Source: Lama glama (lineage: Eukaryota). Taken from it: a stretch of 64,000 nt of DNA. Below the pieces are notes generated by a model. It saw only the letters and a list, made by a program, of their open reading frames with translations. It did no database searches and was not told where the DNA came from. A program made the position numbers and the translations under genes. The stretch is taken from NCBI GenBank assembly GCA_028534125.1, contig CM052816.1:62870001-62934000 (forward strand). Reading direction: 5' to 3'. Below, piece by piece: positions 37,495-50,148 of the stretch (within the stretch, counting starts at the first letter, position 1; the number at the start of each line of letters is the position of its first letter).

Positions 37495-38460
37495 CTACAC
37501 ATTTGCAAATTTTTAATGAACATGAAATATGACTTTGACAATGTTCTAGGTTTGGGGAGTATGGCAGTGAACAGACATATGAAGCCTGACTTCATGGAAC
37601 TCATACTATAGCTGTTAAGATACAGATGATACACATACATGCAAACAAATATGATAGTATCTTATGATGATGTATGCAACAAAGTAAAGAATTCATGAGA
37701 TGAGAAGTGGTACTGGTTGGGGCATAGGAAAGGCAGCACTTTAGCTGGGATGACAAGCAAAGACTCTGTGATAAGGTGGTAGTTAACTTAGGTGATATTT
37801 AAACTGAAAACTAAAGGTTGAGGGGTGAGCTTTGTGAGTAAGTAAGGAAAGAGTCTCCAGAAAGAGAGAAGAGCAAGCTGAAAAGCCTTGAGATGGAAAA
37901 GAGGTTGGTGTTTTTGTAAAACAGGAAGAAAAAAAAAGATTGGAATTAAGTATACAATATTCAGAATAGAAAAAAATGGTATTGGACAGGTTATCAAGGG
38001 CTAAATTGTATAGAGCTTTGTAGATTATTATTTATGCTTTCAGAAGAGCTAACATTTTATAAAATGGTTTCCAGGGGGCAAAACTGGAATCAGATGGACC
38101 AGTTAGGAAGGTGTTGTTTTAGTCCAGGTGAGAGATCACGGTGGGTTAGCCTTGATGGTAAGGAGATTAAGAATATACTTAGGAGACACAGCCAGTAAGA
38201 CTTGTAGATGAATTTGATACGAAAGGAGGATGGAGGTGGTTTGAAGTAATGAGATGAATCAAGGAACATGGTGAAACTTGTTACTGAGATGAGGACTGTG
38301 AGAAGCAGGTTTAGGAGGAAGGTAACAAATTTTCTATTTTCAGTGTGTTAAGTTTGGGTATGTTAAATTCCCAAGTGGAAATGTCAAGTAGGTTGTCAAA
38401 TATATATATTTGGACCTCAGGGAAAAAGTCAAGACTGGAAGAAACTGCACATTTGGCATT
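37495..38460 (-). mobile_element. L2 LINE fragment
   Basis: CAAATTTTTAATGAAC...GTTCTAGGTTTGGGG...CTTCATGGAACTCA...GACCAGTTAGGAAG...TAGTCCAGGTGAGAGAT...CCAAGTGGAAATGTCAAGTAGG. Confidence 0.85.
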
Positions 38461-38609
38461 ATATAATTTCATTTGCTATCATCTGGTGACATTATTTTAT
38501 TTCAAAAATGTTTGACTTGATTCTCTAAGGACTCCAGTTAGTCACCTTTTAAAAGGTCTAATGGTACCTTCAGTCTTCCAGGATGCAGTTGAACACAGGC
38601 GGGGATAGG

Positions 38610-38623
38610 GTGCCCTCTGGTGG
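38610..38623 (-). promoter_or_regulatory. Candidate CTCF binding site
   Basis: Minus strand CCACCAGAGGGCAC fits the CTCF core consensus CC(A/G)(C/G)(C/T)AG(A/G)(G/T)GGC(A/G)C; outside recognisable repeats. Confidence 0.6.
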
Positions 38624-38699
38624 AAAACCAGCAAGGTTAAGCACATTAGGGTACACATAAGCTAAAACAGGGAATAAGTACTTCCCCAACCTATTATAA

Positions 38700-39015
38700 T
38701 AGGGCCAGTCCTAGGAACAAAACACATGACTTGGGCGAGCTGTTAAGTAGAAACATGGACTGGTTTTAAGTAGAAACATAGGTGGGGACTGGTACAAAAT
38801 GGAGAATGCATGTTGTGTAATAAAAATGATACTTAGTTCTAGCCGACTGCTATATGTAGAATGCAGGTCCAGTTTTGAGAGAAATGATGTAAGTCTATTC
38901 TATGTAAATTTTTCTGATTTGTAAATATTGTTTACTATTCAGATTTACCACACCAGTTAAAATTATGCTATAAAATATGTCTGTGGATAGGACTGGTGGA
39001 CTTTTGCAACATCAG
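38700..39015. mobile_element. Highly diverged hAT-type DNA transposon remnant
   Basis: AAATGGAGAATGCATG...GTAGAATGCAGGTCCAGT...TATGTAAATTTTTCTGATTTGTAAATATTG...TTTGCAACATC. Confidence 0.45.
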
Positions 39016-39158
39016 TATCCAGGTTGTAACACTTTACTATTGTTTTGTAAGATGTAACTGTTGGGGGAAACTGAGTTAAAGGTACATAGGGTCTCTCTTA
39101 TTTTCTACAACTGCATATCAATTTATAATTAACTTAAAATAAAAAGTTAGTTTTAAAA
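39016..39158 (+). mobile_element. L1MC/MD-like 3' terminus
   Basis: TTTTGTAAGATGTAACTGTTGGGGGAAACTGAGTTAAAGGTACATAGGGTCTCTCT...ACAACTGCAT...AAAATAAAAAGTT. Confidence 0.8.
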
Positions 39159-40494
39159 CTATTAATTTTTCTATCAGTCATTTGGCTCAGGGACCACTAC
39201 TTTACAACTTTTATCTTTAGGAGGAAAGATATATAAAATGGTGCAGTTTATAAAGGTAGCCCCTAAAATCCTACTGTAGAAAGCAATGGAGTATTTGCTG
39301 GTCTGCATAACAACCTAAATCTCAGGCACATCTATGATGAGAGAAGGAGCTCCTCTCCCTTGCCCCCAAGCACTAATGCTGGCTCCACTTCCTGGAGGAG
39401 TGGTGAAAAGGCAAAAAAATGGGCAATCTGCAGGGGGGTTAGGAGGCGGTGCTGAAAGTTTGTAACACCAAATTCTGAGAAATTATGTACTGCTCTCTGG
39501 TTCTGACTTGCCAATCCTTGAAATGATGCTTTCTATCAGAGGAAATTAATCTAGAAGGAGCAAATGTGCTCCTTTTCTGGATGCTTTATTCATTTGACTG
39601 TTAATTCAATGGGAGAACATGATTTACTGGATTACTAATCTACAGATGAGGCAACTGACAAATAGACCTGCAGACCCTGAGAAAATACACACACACACAC
39701 TTATTCATTTTACAGTATGTTACTCATAAATAGGTGTTGTCCCTTATACTTAATTTGGAGAACATTTGATAAAATTCAGTAAAACAATGGGCTATTTTTT
39801 TTTAGCTTTCACATTGTAAGTTTTACAATTAATATCAAAAAGTGTCCAATATTTGGAATGTATTTGATTAACTGATTTAAGGAATTCATCGTATTGCTCT
39901 TAAACAAGTTCTGTGCTACACATTGCTCAGAGGGCTCAGACTTCCCCCCACTTCTAAATCCAATAATTATGCCCTTCTAGTTGATTAATAAGAGATGGAA
40001 AAGACAAGAAAAAAAGAAGAGCAATTTCAGAGTCAGCAGGACTTGCTAGTGGAAATTCTTGTACTAGAGAGCTGTATTTGAAATTGCATCCTCAGCAGCA
40101 CATCACCACACAGAGATACTGGGGTTTGAGGCTGATAATTAATCACACCTTTCTCTTCCCCACAACTTGACATGGGGGTCAGTGGAGAAGTAGACGTGTG
40201 GAACAGATATGTGGAGACCAAATTTCAGCATAACTACTGCTAAGGCTAAACTAGGGTTTTGATCTTAAATGAGAGACTGTACACTTTCTCCCAAATCTAG
40301 CTATTGGAATTCCATATTGGAGGGCAAATTTGGGTCTGGACAGTTGACAGATGAAACCAGAGATGGTTATACCACTTAAGACCATTGGTAGAGAGAGATG
40401 AAGACAGGGGAAGAAAATGGAAAAGAAATATCCACTCCACAACCTAAAAGACCAAACTAACTATAAAATATACAGTATTCATCTTGGAATTTCC

Positions 40495-41020
40495 CACTTA
40501 AACAATAATATTTTAAATTATTCTCTACATTATGATCCAGAATTGTGCTTGGCTTTGAGATACAGTGATAAACAACAGTCCCTTTACACAAGGATTCAAC
40601 AGTCTAGAAGAAGAGAGATACAAGTTTAAGGTATAATTATGATTTGAAATGATTATATGAACAATATAATTATGTTATAATAATAATATGCATTGTGATA
40701 ATATAACAAACAATAGTTTAAAGTTCAAATAACCATAATTTTGGTTTTTTAAAAGATGTACATATGCAAATCGGCATATATGGTGGAAAATAGGTCTCAA
40801 AATTATTGAATCTAGAAAAAAACTACATAGTTTGTTAAAAGGTGTTGAGTATCCTGGGGGAAAAAAAGTCTTAGAGATGAAGGAAGGCAGCTTTCAATTT
40901 TAAATGGGTTTCCATGAAGACTTCATTAACAATAAGCTATTTGTGTAAAAAGCTGAGATTAAGGGAGTTAACCATTCAGGAAGTTCCAAAGACAGTAGGT
41001 TGCAAAGTCAACAGGTAGGA
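40495..41020 (-). mobile_element. L2 fragment (diverged, with AT-rich interruption)
   Basis: CCAGAATTGTGCTTGGCTTTGAGATACAGTGATAAACAACAGTCCCT...ACAGTCTAG. Confidence 0.55.
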
Positions 41021-41726
41021 CAAACACTGATGTTTTACACTGGAAGTAAAGTGAGGGGACACTTTAGGGGACATGGTGCTGAATCTTAGCAAGTGTCCCA
41101 AGAATGTGAAGAGAGTGAGTGATGCAACCAAGACTCACACTCAGGTTTTCTCTCTCCAAGTACAGTTCTTATTTTGCTCTGTTCATTGATTGAGCAGTGT
41201 CTTCACAGGTAGCTTAACTATATGTTACTTTCCTGAAGGAACAACAAAGATGAGCAGTTACCGTAAATTGAGATTCAGATGCAGCTTTAGAGCTCAGGAG
41301 GCTGGGTTAATGTTTCATGTCTGGTTGGAACCAGCCCTTCTATCCATTTCTGACACTGGAGTCAAGTAACATCTCAGCTGCCTCCTATCAGATGACATCA
41401 CTAGCATTGTCAGTTTCTCATCAGGAAAAGGTTTTCCATCTTGGTACTAAAGATTACTGGAGATGTGAGGTAATAATTTACCACTGAGGGAGTGCTTCTT
41501 TGGTAAGCACTGTGCTATGTGCAAGGACAAAAATGAGTGATAATTAGAAGATTGAGACTCACAGGCATGTGTAAGCGTCAACTTCTGCACACAAGTCACG
41601 AGGCATTATTGGAATCTTCCATTATTACAGTGATGTCCATGGACTGAGGTTTTCTCTGACCAGTTTGATCATTTTTAAGAACCTAAAGAGTTATGACTTA
41701 CATTCTTTGTTTATAAGGCACTTTTT

Positions 41727-42313
41727 TGATTTGTTGAAGTGTGATCAGTTACAATGTGTCAATATGTGGTGTACAGCATAATTTCCCAGTCATAATATAT
41801 GTGTATATATGTTTTCATATTCTTTTTAATAAGTTATTATAAGATATTGAATACAGCTTCCTGTGCTATACAGAAGAAATTTAGGTTTTTAATCTATTTT
41901 TATATACAATAGTTAATATTTGTGAATCTCAAACTCCAAGGTTTATCCCGTCCCATCCCTTTCCCCTGGTAACCATAAGATTGTTTCCTATGTCTGGAAT
42001 TCTGTTTCTGTTTTGTAGATGAGTTCATTAGTGTCTTCTTTTTTCTTCTTCTTCTTCTTTTTTTTAGATTGCACATGAGTGATATCATATGATATTTTTC
42101 TCTCTTTCTGGCTTACTTCACTTAGAATGATGATCTCCAAGTCCATCCATATTGCTATAAATGGCATTATTTTATTCCTTTTTATGGCCAAGTGGTATTC
42201 CATTGTATAAATATACCACAACTTCTTTATCCAGTCATATGTTGATGGACATTTGGGTTGCTTCCATGTCTTGGCTATTGTATATAGAGCTACTATGATG
42301 GGGTACATGTATC
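41727..42313 (-). mobile_element. Camelid-lineage L1, 5'-truncated, with perfect 15-bp TSD
   Basis: Minus strand encodes WKQPKCPS...WIKKLWYIYTMEY; TSD TATAAGGCACTTTTT at 41712-41726 and 42314-42328, followed by AA (TT/AAAA endonuclease site on minus strand). Confidence 0.95.
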
Positions 42314-44154
42314 TATAAGGCACTTTTTAATGTTAAATAAGAGAAGGATATTAAATTATATATATTTAACAGAGTACCCTATCTCCTTTGAACTTTGCAA
42401 GAAGTTCCTCTGAAGTCACTGTTCAAATATTGAGTGGCATTGAAATGAAAACTTTATTTCTCTACCAACATTCAACGTCCCCCCAACCCCAGGACAGGGC
42501 AGACATCCTCCCACTGTGTAGCCAGCCTTATCTGATACACTTCCAGGTAGTCTGATAAGTGCATTTTTTATCCTGGTGCTCAGTCCTGCAGCTCAGCTTT
42601 AGTTCTACATTTCCTCTAGGCACTTTGCTCCCTTCACATAAATACACTGATAGCATGTATTTGAGTCCATCCACAATTTCATAGTGGTTCCCACTGTTAT
42701 GATCTGCATTTCACAATTAAGTTTTGCTAGAAAGAATTTATAGTTAAATGTACACTGAAGCCACAAACTAATGTGACCCTTTTAAGAAGGAAGCATTTTA
42801 CCTTTCATCTTCCACTTCCCACTTCACTGCATTAAGGAAAGATAGGAAAAAAGAAAAGAACCTGTTAGGCTTTCCCCTCAATTATCCTTTATTTGTATCT
42901 CATTTTTCTCTCTCTGGCTTGAGACTTAGCTCTTTAGGAAAGTGTTTTAGGAACTGGTTCCATGAAATTTACTGAAAGAGTTGGAATTTATGAGGAGTGA
43001 AATATAGTTAAAGGGAATTTTTTAAAATTTCTATCTGATTTGGGAAAAATAAAGAACACATTCTACTTGACTATTTTAAACACTTTTGAATTTTACTGAA
43101 ATTACTCTGTGATATTTCCCTGGGAATGAGAGTTTTACTTTGATATACTCAATGTAATCATCAGTTTTCCTTCAAGTTATCATACAGCATATGCAGCAGT
43201 CTTAAATCTCCCCATCTACCTAGTACATTTACATTGTTTCTTTAAAGTGGTTGTTAGATTGCTTTTGAACAATATAGTCCCCATGTTGATAGCCACCTTT
43301 TCAAAGCTATTCAGAAATCAAGTTTAGAAGCACCCACTTATGCTATAGGGAATTTTATCTTGGCCAAACACCAATATGCATGTTTCAAAGAGTATTCTCT
43401 CAGCAGAGAGTTTAATTTTGAAACTGTAAGTGTTATTCTGAACTTCCAGTTTATCCCTGTTGTGTTCCCAAATCATTCTGACTCCAGGAATGTATAAATT
43501 TTAGTTTCAATAAATTCAGAGAATAGACATTTGGGCCTTGAAGACCTTGGGGAATAAAAGTGAATACATTAACTGCTCTGTACCATGTAATTATGTATAC
43601 ACAATTCCATTTCCTTTGGTCTTTCATCAAAAGCTGATGAGAGGCAAATGTCAATAGGGGAAGACTGCTTCCTTGAGTGGTAGATCTGTTATTTACACAG
43701 TGATGGTTAGTGTCACAGAGTTCCTCCAAACTAACATGAATGCTTTATTTCAACTGAAGGGAAGTGCTGTATCTATTTAATAAATTCGAGAGATTAATGG
43801 TGTTGAACCCTCCAGGGTTTTCATTTTTAAAGACGGGAAGTGACAGATTTGGAAAGATACCAAGAATAGAGCAAAATCTGAAGTAATGAAAGAACGGTTG
43901 CTAAAAAAGGGCAACCCGACTTTTCCATCAACCTATTAAAATCTACTGTGTGAGATGTTCAAAGCAAATTGCTCCTGATCTCATGTTTCTTCCCTCTTTG
44001 GCTGCTTAGTTTTGTGACAATACCAGCAAGACAGAGATCAAACTAATCTTTCAGAATTTTATGCGATTTTACTGGGCTCATTTTATATAGATGTTGCTGT
44101 CATAGAAATAGATTATATTTAATTTAACCTTAAAGCAAAGTGAATGTGGTTTTT

Positions 44155-44505
44155 GTTGTATTGTTTGCACTGCTGTTCCCTCTGCCTAGAACACAACTCC
44201 CTCGTATCCTTGCATGACTGGTTCCTTTCCACATTCAGGCCTTTGGCTGAATTATACTCTATCCAAGAGACAGATCACACGCAGACACACACACACGTGC
44301 ATGCACTGTACCTCCCATTGCCTCGTTTTATTTATACTTTATCTCTATCTGAAATTCTATGTGAAATTTAAATATGTGATATCTAGTTATCTGTTTATTG
44401 CTTGTTTTTTTCCCCCATTATTTGTCTCATTATCTGTTTTATTCACTGTGTGTCCCTGGAACTCATACACTTGTTGCTCAGGGGTACTAAATACAATGGA
44501 TTAAC
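44155..44505 (+). mobile_element. L2 3' fragment
   Basis: TTTGCACTGCTGTTCCCTCTGCCTAGAACA...GGTTCCTTTCCACATTCAGGCC...TTCACTGTGTGTCCCTGGAAC. Confidence 0.75.
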
Positions 44506-46169
44506 AGGAAGAGCCAAATAAGCCATTATGTGTTTAAATCCTCTTAGCTTTACAGGGGAAATTGATAAACTCCTAGCTTACAGAAAATGTCACAGGGGGA
44601 ATAGGTTCAAAAGCTTTCTGTTTCAAATGAGACGTGGACTATAATTCCTTTCCCAAATATAATTATGATCTTTAAATGAGTTGTCTATTTTATATCTGGT
44701 TTCATATCTTCAGAAATGGCCAAACTCTCAAGTGACTGCAACTATTGACCAAAGAGTTTTCGGTTAGGATGTCATTCCAGAACCTCTCAAGGGTCAGCTT
44801 GTAAGCGATGGCCTTTTTCAACCTGTGCATAAATCCAGGCTTGAACTGTGAGAACTTAGGTTTATCGAAGTGTATGTGGAAAACAGTGACCAGAGAAGTT
44901 ACAGGCCTGCCTAAAATCCTCTGTGGCTAAAGACTTCAAACAGGAAATAAAATCTCTCTAAAAGAACTGACATGGCAGTTCTTTCATCTGTGAAATGAGG
45001 ATTTTTCTCCAAATACAATGAGAAGTTTGCTGGGTTTTGTTTTAGTTTCACAAAAATCAGTGACACTGAGAATTTCAAAGGCAATCTCCCCTCTTAGCTG
45101 TTGAATAAGAAGCCTGAACTAAGGTCGAGATGTCAGGATTGTCACCAAAGAATTCTTAGTTATTCATTAATCTGCTTGGATTCTTATATTCCCAAGCAAG
45201 TATGTACCCAAGGAGAATTATACCCTTAATTTCAGCCTCTTGCTGGGGTAGTCTGGGAACTCATTAAGGATGCATAACCAAATTTGAGTCATTTCTCCCT
45301 AAAAGACAGGGGAGTCATTGTGCTGAAAGCTATTTATGTTCAGTGATATAGAATTAATGGCAGCGCTACTAATCACAAGAAGATATCAGCTTCTATCACC
45401 AGTTCCAGGTTTCTAGCCTGTTGTAACCAAGCTATGTTTGAGTAGATATTGCAACTTCCAGTGAGTAACATAGAGGAAAAAATGAAGCCCATTATCTCAG
45501 AGCTGCATTTATGAATAGAGACTGGTTCTTTCCTAAATTAAATGCACTGCTGAGATATGTGTATCTAAGAGCCACATTATCTTTCCCTGGATCCCACGTC
45601 TCTTCCATGTTTGAAATTGCCAGTTGACACTCGAAGGTCATTCGTTTTGGGAGTAACGGATGGAGAAAAAATATATAAAGCAGAAGCCTTTGGCCTATAA
45701 AAAGTGAAAGCAGGACTCTGAATTCTTGCCTGTCCCCTTCACTAATGCTAGCAATAATAAGCAGTAACACAACACAGTACCTTACTATATTATTGTTGTT
45801 ATTCAGGTAACCATTTTGGTTGTTGCAATCACAGAGAACATTTCTTGTTTCACTGTACTGTGTTGAGCTGAGATGACAGGAGTGAGGTACTTACCTTTTC
45901 TTGGGTAGTGGTTCAAGGAAGTAATCATACTGACTCTGTGTCACAAAGCATAGGTGATTATTTTAGGGTCTGTGATTGGAGTTCCAGGCAGAGGTATCCA
46001 GGCATAGGCCACAATGCCTGCCAAGTCTCTTCTCTGTTTGCCCTGAATGAGTGGATTTCTGTCATTTTTTTCAAGTATTTCTGCTCTAGTACACATCTCC
46101 TGCATGTTTGCCATATGTAATTGAAAGCATTTCCATTTTGGTTTGCAGTTATAAGACGAACTCTTATCT

Positions 46170-46209
46170 GCCTCCTTAGCGCAGTAGGTAGTGCGTCAGT
46201 CTCACATAA
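46170..46209 (+). pseudogene. Tailless retropseudogene of the 5' half of elongator tRNA-Met(CAT)
   Basis: GCCTCCTTAGCGCAGTAGGTAGTGCGTCAGTCTCA(CA)TAA matches the 5' half of mammalian tRNA-Met up to the anticodon loop; flanked by ATAAGAYGAACTCTT at 46151-46165 and 46206-46220; no poly(A). Confidence 0.9.
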
Positions 46210-47949
46210 GATGAACTCTTGAAAAGTGTAGCCAGAGATTATATTATAATAATATAACTCTGATTTAATGTAGGAACTGACATGAGATGACTTTAATAAT
46301 AATAACCACATTGCAAGGAACTCCCATGCAAGGAAAAGAGATTAGCTTTCTAGACTCATAAAAATAAGACATGTTCATGCCAAGTAAGTGTTTTTCTCAT
46401 ACATTTGCTTTTTACTAAAAAATAATGAATTATTCTTCCCTTGATACCTTAAGTATTCTATTTTTCAGTAGGATAAGCTAACTTCATATACAATAGGAAC
46501 AACCAGGTTTTAGACACAGAGTTGGGAAAATTTCAGCAAACTCTGAACCTAGATTGGTAATTGCTTCAAGCAGATATATCCTGCAGTTATAGTGAAGGTT
46601 TTTTTCATTGTTAAGGCTGATAAAATGTATTATATTTCTAAAATCCTGACTGAATGCAAGACCCAGCTCAGCTTTAACTAACACTGTGCTTTTAGCTCCT
46701 TTAGAGGATTATAGGACTATTAGATGATAGCTTTTGTGTGCACTTTGCCAATGTAAAACTTTCAGATTTTGACTTAACTCTCTTGCAGAAACCAGGGAAA
46801 GCAAATGGTTTCCAATCCTGATAGCCAGGGAAGCATCAAAGAGAAAAGACACACTTTCTCCTTAAAAACTAGTCAATAGACATACAAAGAAAAGCATGTG
46901 GACGGGGAATAAAAAATTAATAATTAAAAATGCAAGATGAATCTCAGTCAGCTCCTCCTCCTGCAAGGTGATCAGATAAAACCAAATTAAATTGAAAGAG
47001 GAAATTCTACTTACAGATTTTGAAGGACACATGGAACTTAGGAGGTGACACTTAAACCCTGCACATGTGGTGGCCTCTGCAGTTAGTTACAGATCGCTGG
47101 GCCTGGAACTGCAAGTTAATAGGCTGTGAAAGGAAAGAATAACCATAAGATGAGACAGCGGATACATCAGCAACTATTGGGATTGAAAATAAGGAACAAC
47201 TATTACCTCTTACTTCCCAGGATGCTAGAAACCTTCAGATTTCAAAAGAGAACAAATTTACTGTGACAGTGCAGATGGAAGAAGAGACATTTCTGAGAGC
47301 AATTTCTATGGCAGCTTTCATTTAAACAGGGAATTGGGAAGAGCAGAAAAGGATGCTGGAGGTGAAACAGTATTTTGGTTTCAGTTTTCTAATGTGTTGG
47401 AGACAGTTTCATTTCTCTTTCAAGTGATAAGTTAAATAGTATCTAAATACAGGAAAATTCAGTTTAGGAAAAACATGAGTTGAAGAATGTGAGGGTAAGT
47501 CTTTAGTAGTAAATATGCCCTATAAAAATTATGATTAAAATGATGACACATGAATTTTATCCAAGATATATAGGTACTAGGGAGAAAGGAGATGAGTATC
47601 CCCCGATTTTCCCTATATTTAGCTATGTAACAACTATACATTCTGGTTTTTATAATAGGAAGAGCTAAAGCCAATGAGTTTATACCAGACTTTCTTCCAA
47701 CTCTATAGGTAGAAACAGCTTGGATTCTAACCTGAAGTTTTCATCACAACCTAAAATATCTATGAGTAGTTCAGTTTAAAAATGTTAAGTATGTCTTTTT
47801 TCCATAGCAACTCTGAATGCTAGGAAACAATGATCAATACCTTATTAATTCTTCAAGGGAAAATGTGTACCCTATGAAATTTATTCCCAGAGGGAATACA
47901 ATTTCTATGCTCCCTTCTTGACAAAAGTGTTAAGAGCACAAACTTCACG

Positions 47950-48155
47950 GTATTGTGTACTTGCAATTTTGTTAATGGGGTTAATGTTAAGTGTTTTTAT
48001 TTAAAAAAAAAAGGATCCAAGGAAACTCTGGGACGTTAGACAGTATTGTAATGATAGTATCTTAAGTGTTGGCATAGGTCTAAATTCATTGAACTGTACA
48101 CATTAAATACACGCAGTTTTTATATCCCAATTATACCACAATAATGCTGGGTTTT
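47950..48155 (+). mobile_element. L1MA/MB-like 3' terminus
   Basis: TATTGTGTACTTGCAATTTTGTTAA...AAGGAAACTCTGGGA...TGTACACATTAAATACACGCAG...CAATTATACCACAATAATGCTG. Confidence 0.8.
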
Positions 48156-48807
48156 TTTAAAATAACTCCAGTGAAGCAAGAAATAAAATCATGGTTACAG
48201 AAAAGAATAAAAGTATCGAAAATCTTGATAGTGTTGGGAAGAGGGGGAGGTGAGAGAAGATGGATAGATTGATCACACACACACAAAATAGTCCTAATTT
48301 TTTAAGCCTCCCTGGATCCATGCCACTGCTGTACAACTTCTCAGTGCTCTTACATTGTGTCTGGGGCATTCTGCCCCACCTCTCTAATCGGGACTCAGCT
48401 AAGTCAGATGCTTTGGCCAAAAATAAAATATGTATTTATATATGTAGTAGTTATATAATATATTGTATAGATGGATATCATGTTTGGGGTTGGGAAACTA
48501 GAGGAGATATAGGAACAGTATAAAATGGAATGTATATAATTATCTTTCCTTGCTAATTTATTATATATACTTAGAAGTCCAAGAACTAAAGCAGTCCTTC
48601 TGAAATTTCCTTTTTTTTTAAAAAATTCTAATGCTGAAATGAAATACTTACAGTTTAAATAACCTAAGGTAGAATTTAGGCTGGTGTCTCTAAACTAAGG
48701 AAATTTATTTATCACTAGTTTCTTTTCTGAAGAACTAACTACACAGCTTCCACTCATGGTTACAAAATAAACAGATTATGTTTTTCTCAATTAACAACAG
48801 AGTCAAG

Positions 48808-48898
48808 GGGCAGAGAGATGTAGCTCAGTGGTAGAGCGCATGCTTAGCATGCACGAGGTCCTGGGTTCAGTCCTCAGTACCTCCATTAAAAAAAAAAA
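48808..48898 (+). mobile_element. vic-1-type tRNA-derived SINE (short form)
   Basis: GTAGCTCAGTGGTAGAGCGCATGCTTAGCATGCACGAGGTCCTGGGTTCAGTCCTCAGTACCTCCATT + A tail; TSD AACAACAGAGTCAAG (48793-48807) / AAGAATGGAGTCAAG (48899-48913). Confidence 0.93.
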
Positions 48899-49624
48899 AA
48901 GAATGGAGTCAAGAAAGCTCTTCTCCTTCTAATACACCTTTTTAAAAAATCAGAATCATAAAATATCCTTTGGGGATATTTATGACTGGAGAAGTCAAGA
49001 TATGTGTATTTTTATCAGCAAAGACCCAATGTCTTATTTCCCTGAGTTTGTGCCACTGAACATATGTGAGCTAGTTAGAGCAGAAAATAAAGCAATATGA
49101 CATAGAGAGGAGTTGTCTGTACATAAATAGTACATAAATACATTAATGCTTATATAAATGTACCAGCTGTGTTTCTAAGATTTATTCATTTGAATTCTCG
49201 AAACTGGGGAAGTGGACAGTCTATTGCCTGTTTCTTCTTTCTTCCCTCTCTCATACTCTGGAATTCACCAGTATGGACCTCTCTGAAGATTAAATTATTA
49301 GCCAGAGAGTGACCTGGGGCCTGGAGGGAAAAACCACAACATACCATGTTTGTATCATGTTGAAGGTGGGTATGCCTGATGATATTTATGCCATCTATAT
49401 TAAAATGTCAGATTTTTGTGACATTTAATTGCAGAAGTAAAGGAGAGAACAGACCTGTTTCTCTCCATACACAATTCTGAGTAATCCAGAGTGCCCAAGT
49501 TATAACTTTTAGAGTATTTGAATCTTGAAAATGATTGGCAGGAAAAGGCCATTGCCTTATTATCATCACAAAGCCCAGCTCTTCTGGAATGGTTGCAACT
49601 ACAGTCTAGATCTGTGAACTCCTT

Positions 49625-50148
49625 TAGCATTGCATTTATCTGCCTATAGCAGAAAACTCAAATAAATGCAAGTGACTTAAATATAACAGGGAACAATTTA
49701 TCGCAGTTAAGAAGTCCGGCAGTCACAGGTTCAGAGCTAGTAGTTTGGCTCTAAGAAATGCCAGGGGGACCTAGGCATCAGCAATTTACCAAATAGTTCC
49801 ATTTTCATGTTCACAAAATTGTTGTTCCACTACAGTATAACATGTTAAGGAAAAAAAAACAAAAAGAGAAGAGAAGAAAAGAAGGCCAGTGAAAGCCGAA
49901 GATGAATGTTGAGTGATTTGCCCCTTTTTTTTTGAGGAAAACAATTATTTTCTGTAAGCTCCAGCAACTGGAGCACTTCTTATATTATTTTGGTCAGAAT
50001 TAGATCACAGAACTACTAGTAATATATAAAGGAGCCTGGAAAATTAAATATGAATATGGGTCCCTTGCACCCTAAACAAGACAGAGGTTTCCTTTGGTAA
50101 TGAAGGAGGGAAGAGCACATGGTGGGCAGCAAAACAACGTCTGCCACA
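49625..50148 (-). mobile_element. Old MaLR LTR (MLT1I/J/K-like)
   Basis: TAGCAGAAAACTCAAA...AGTGACTTAAA...AAGAAGTCCGGCAG...TTGGTCAGAATTAGATCAC...TGGGCAGCAAAACAACGTCTGCCACA. Confidence 0.7.

Noticed and set aside
45889..46050. Strong minus-strand donor AAG|GTAAGT with a possible upstream exon
   Set aside because: All three frames are closed from the candidate acceptor and the pyrimidine tract is weak; at most a non-coding exon.
48818..48885. tRNA-Ala-like sequences (also 9840 and 11818) as real tRNA genes
   Set aside because: A-rich tails, TSDs and imperfect acceptor stems identify them as SINEs.
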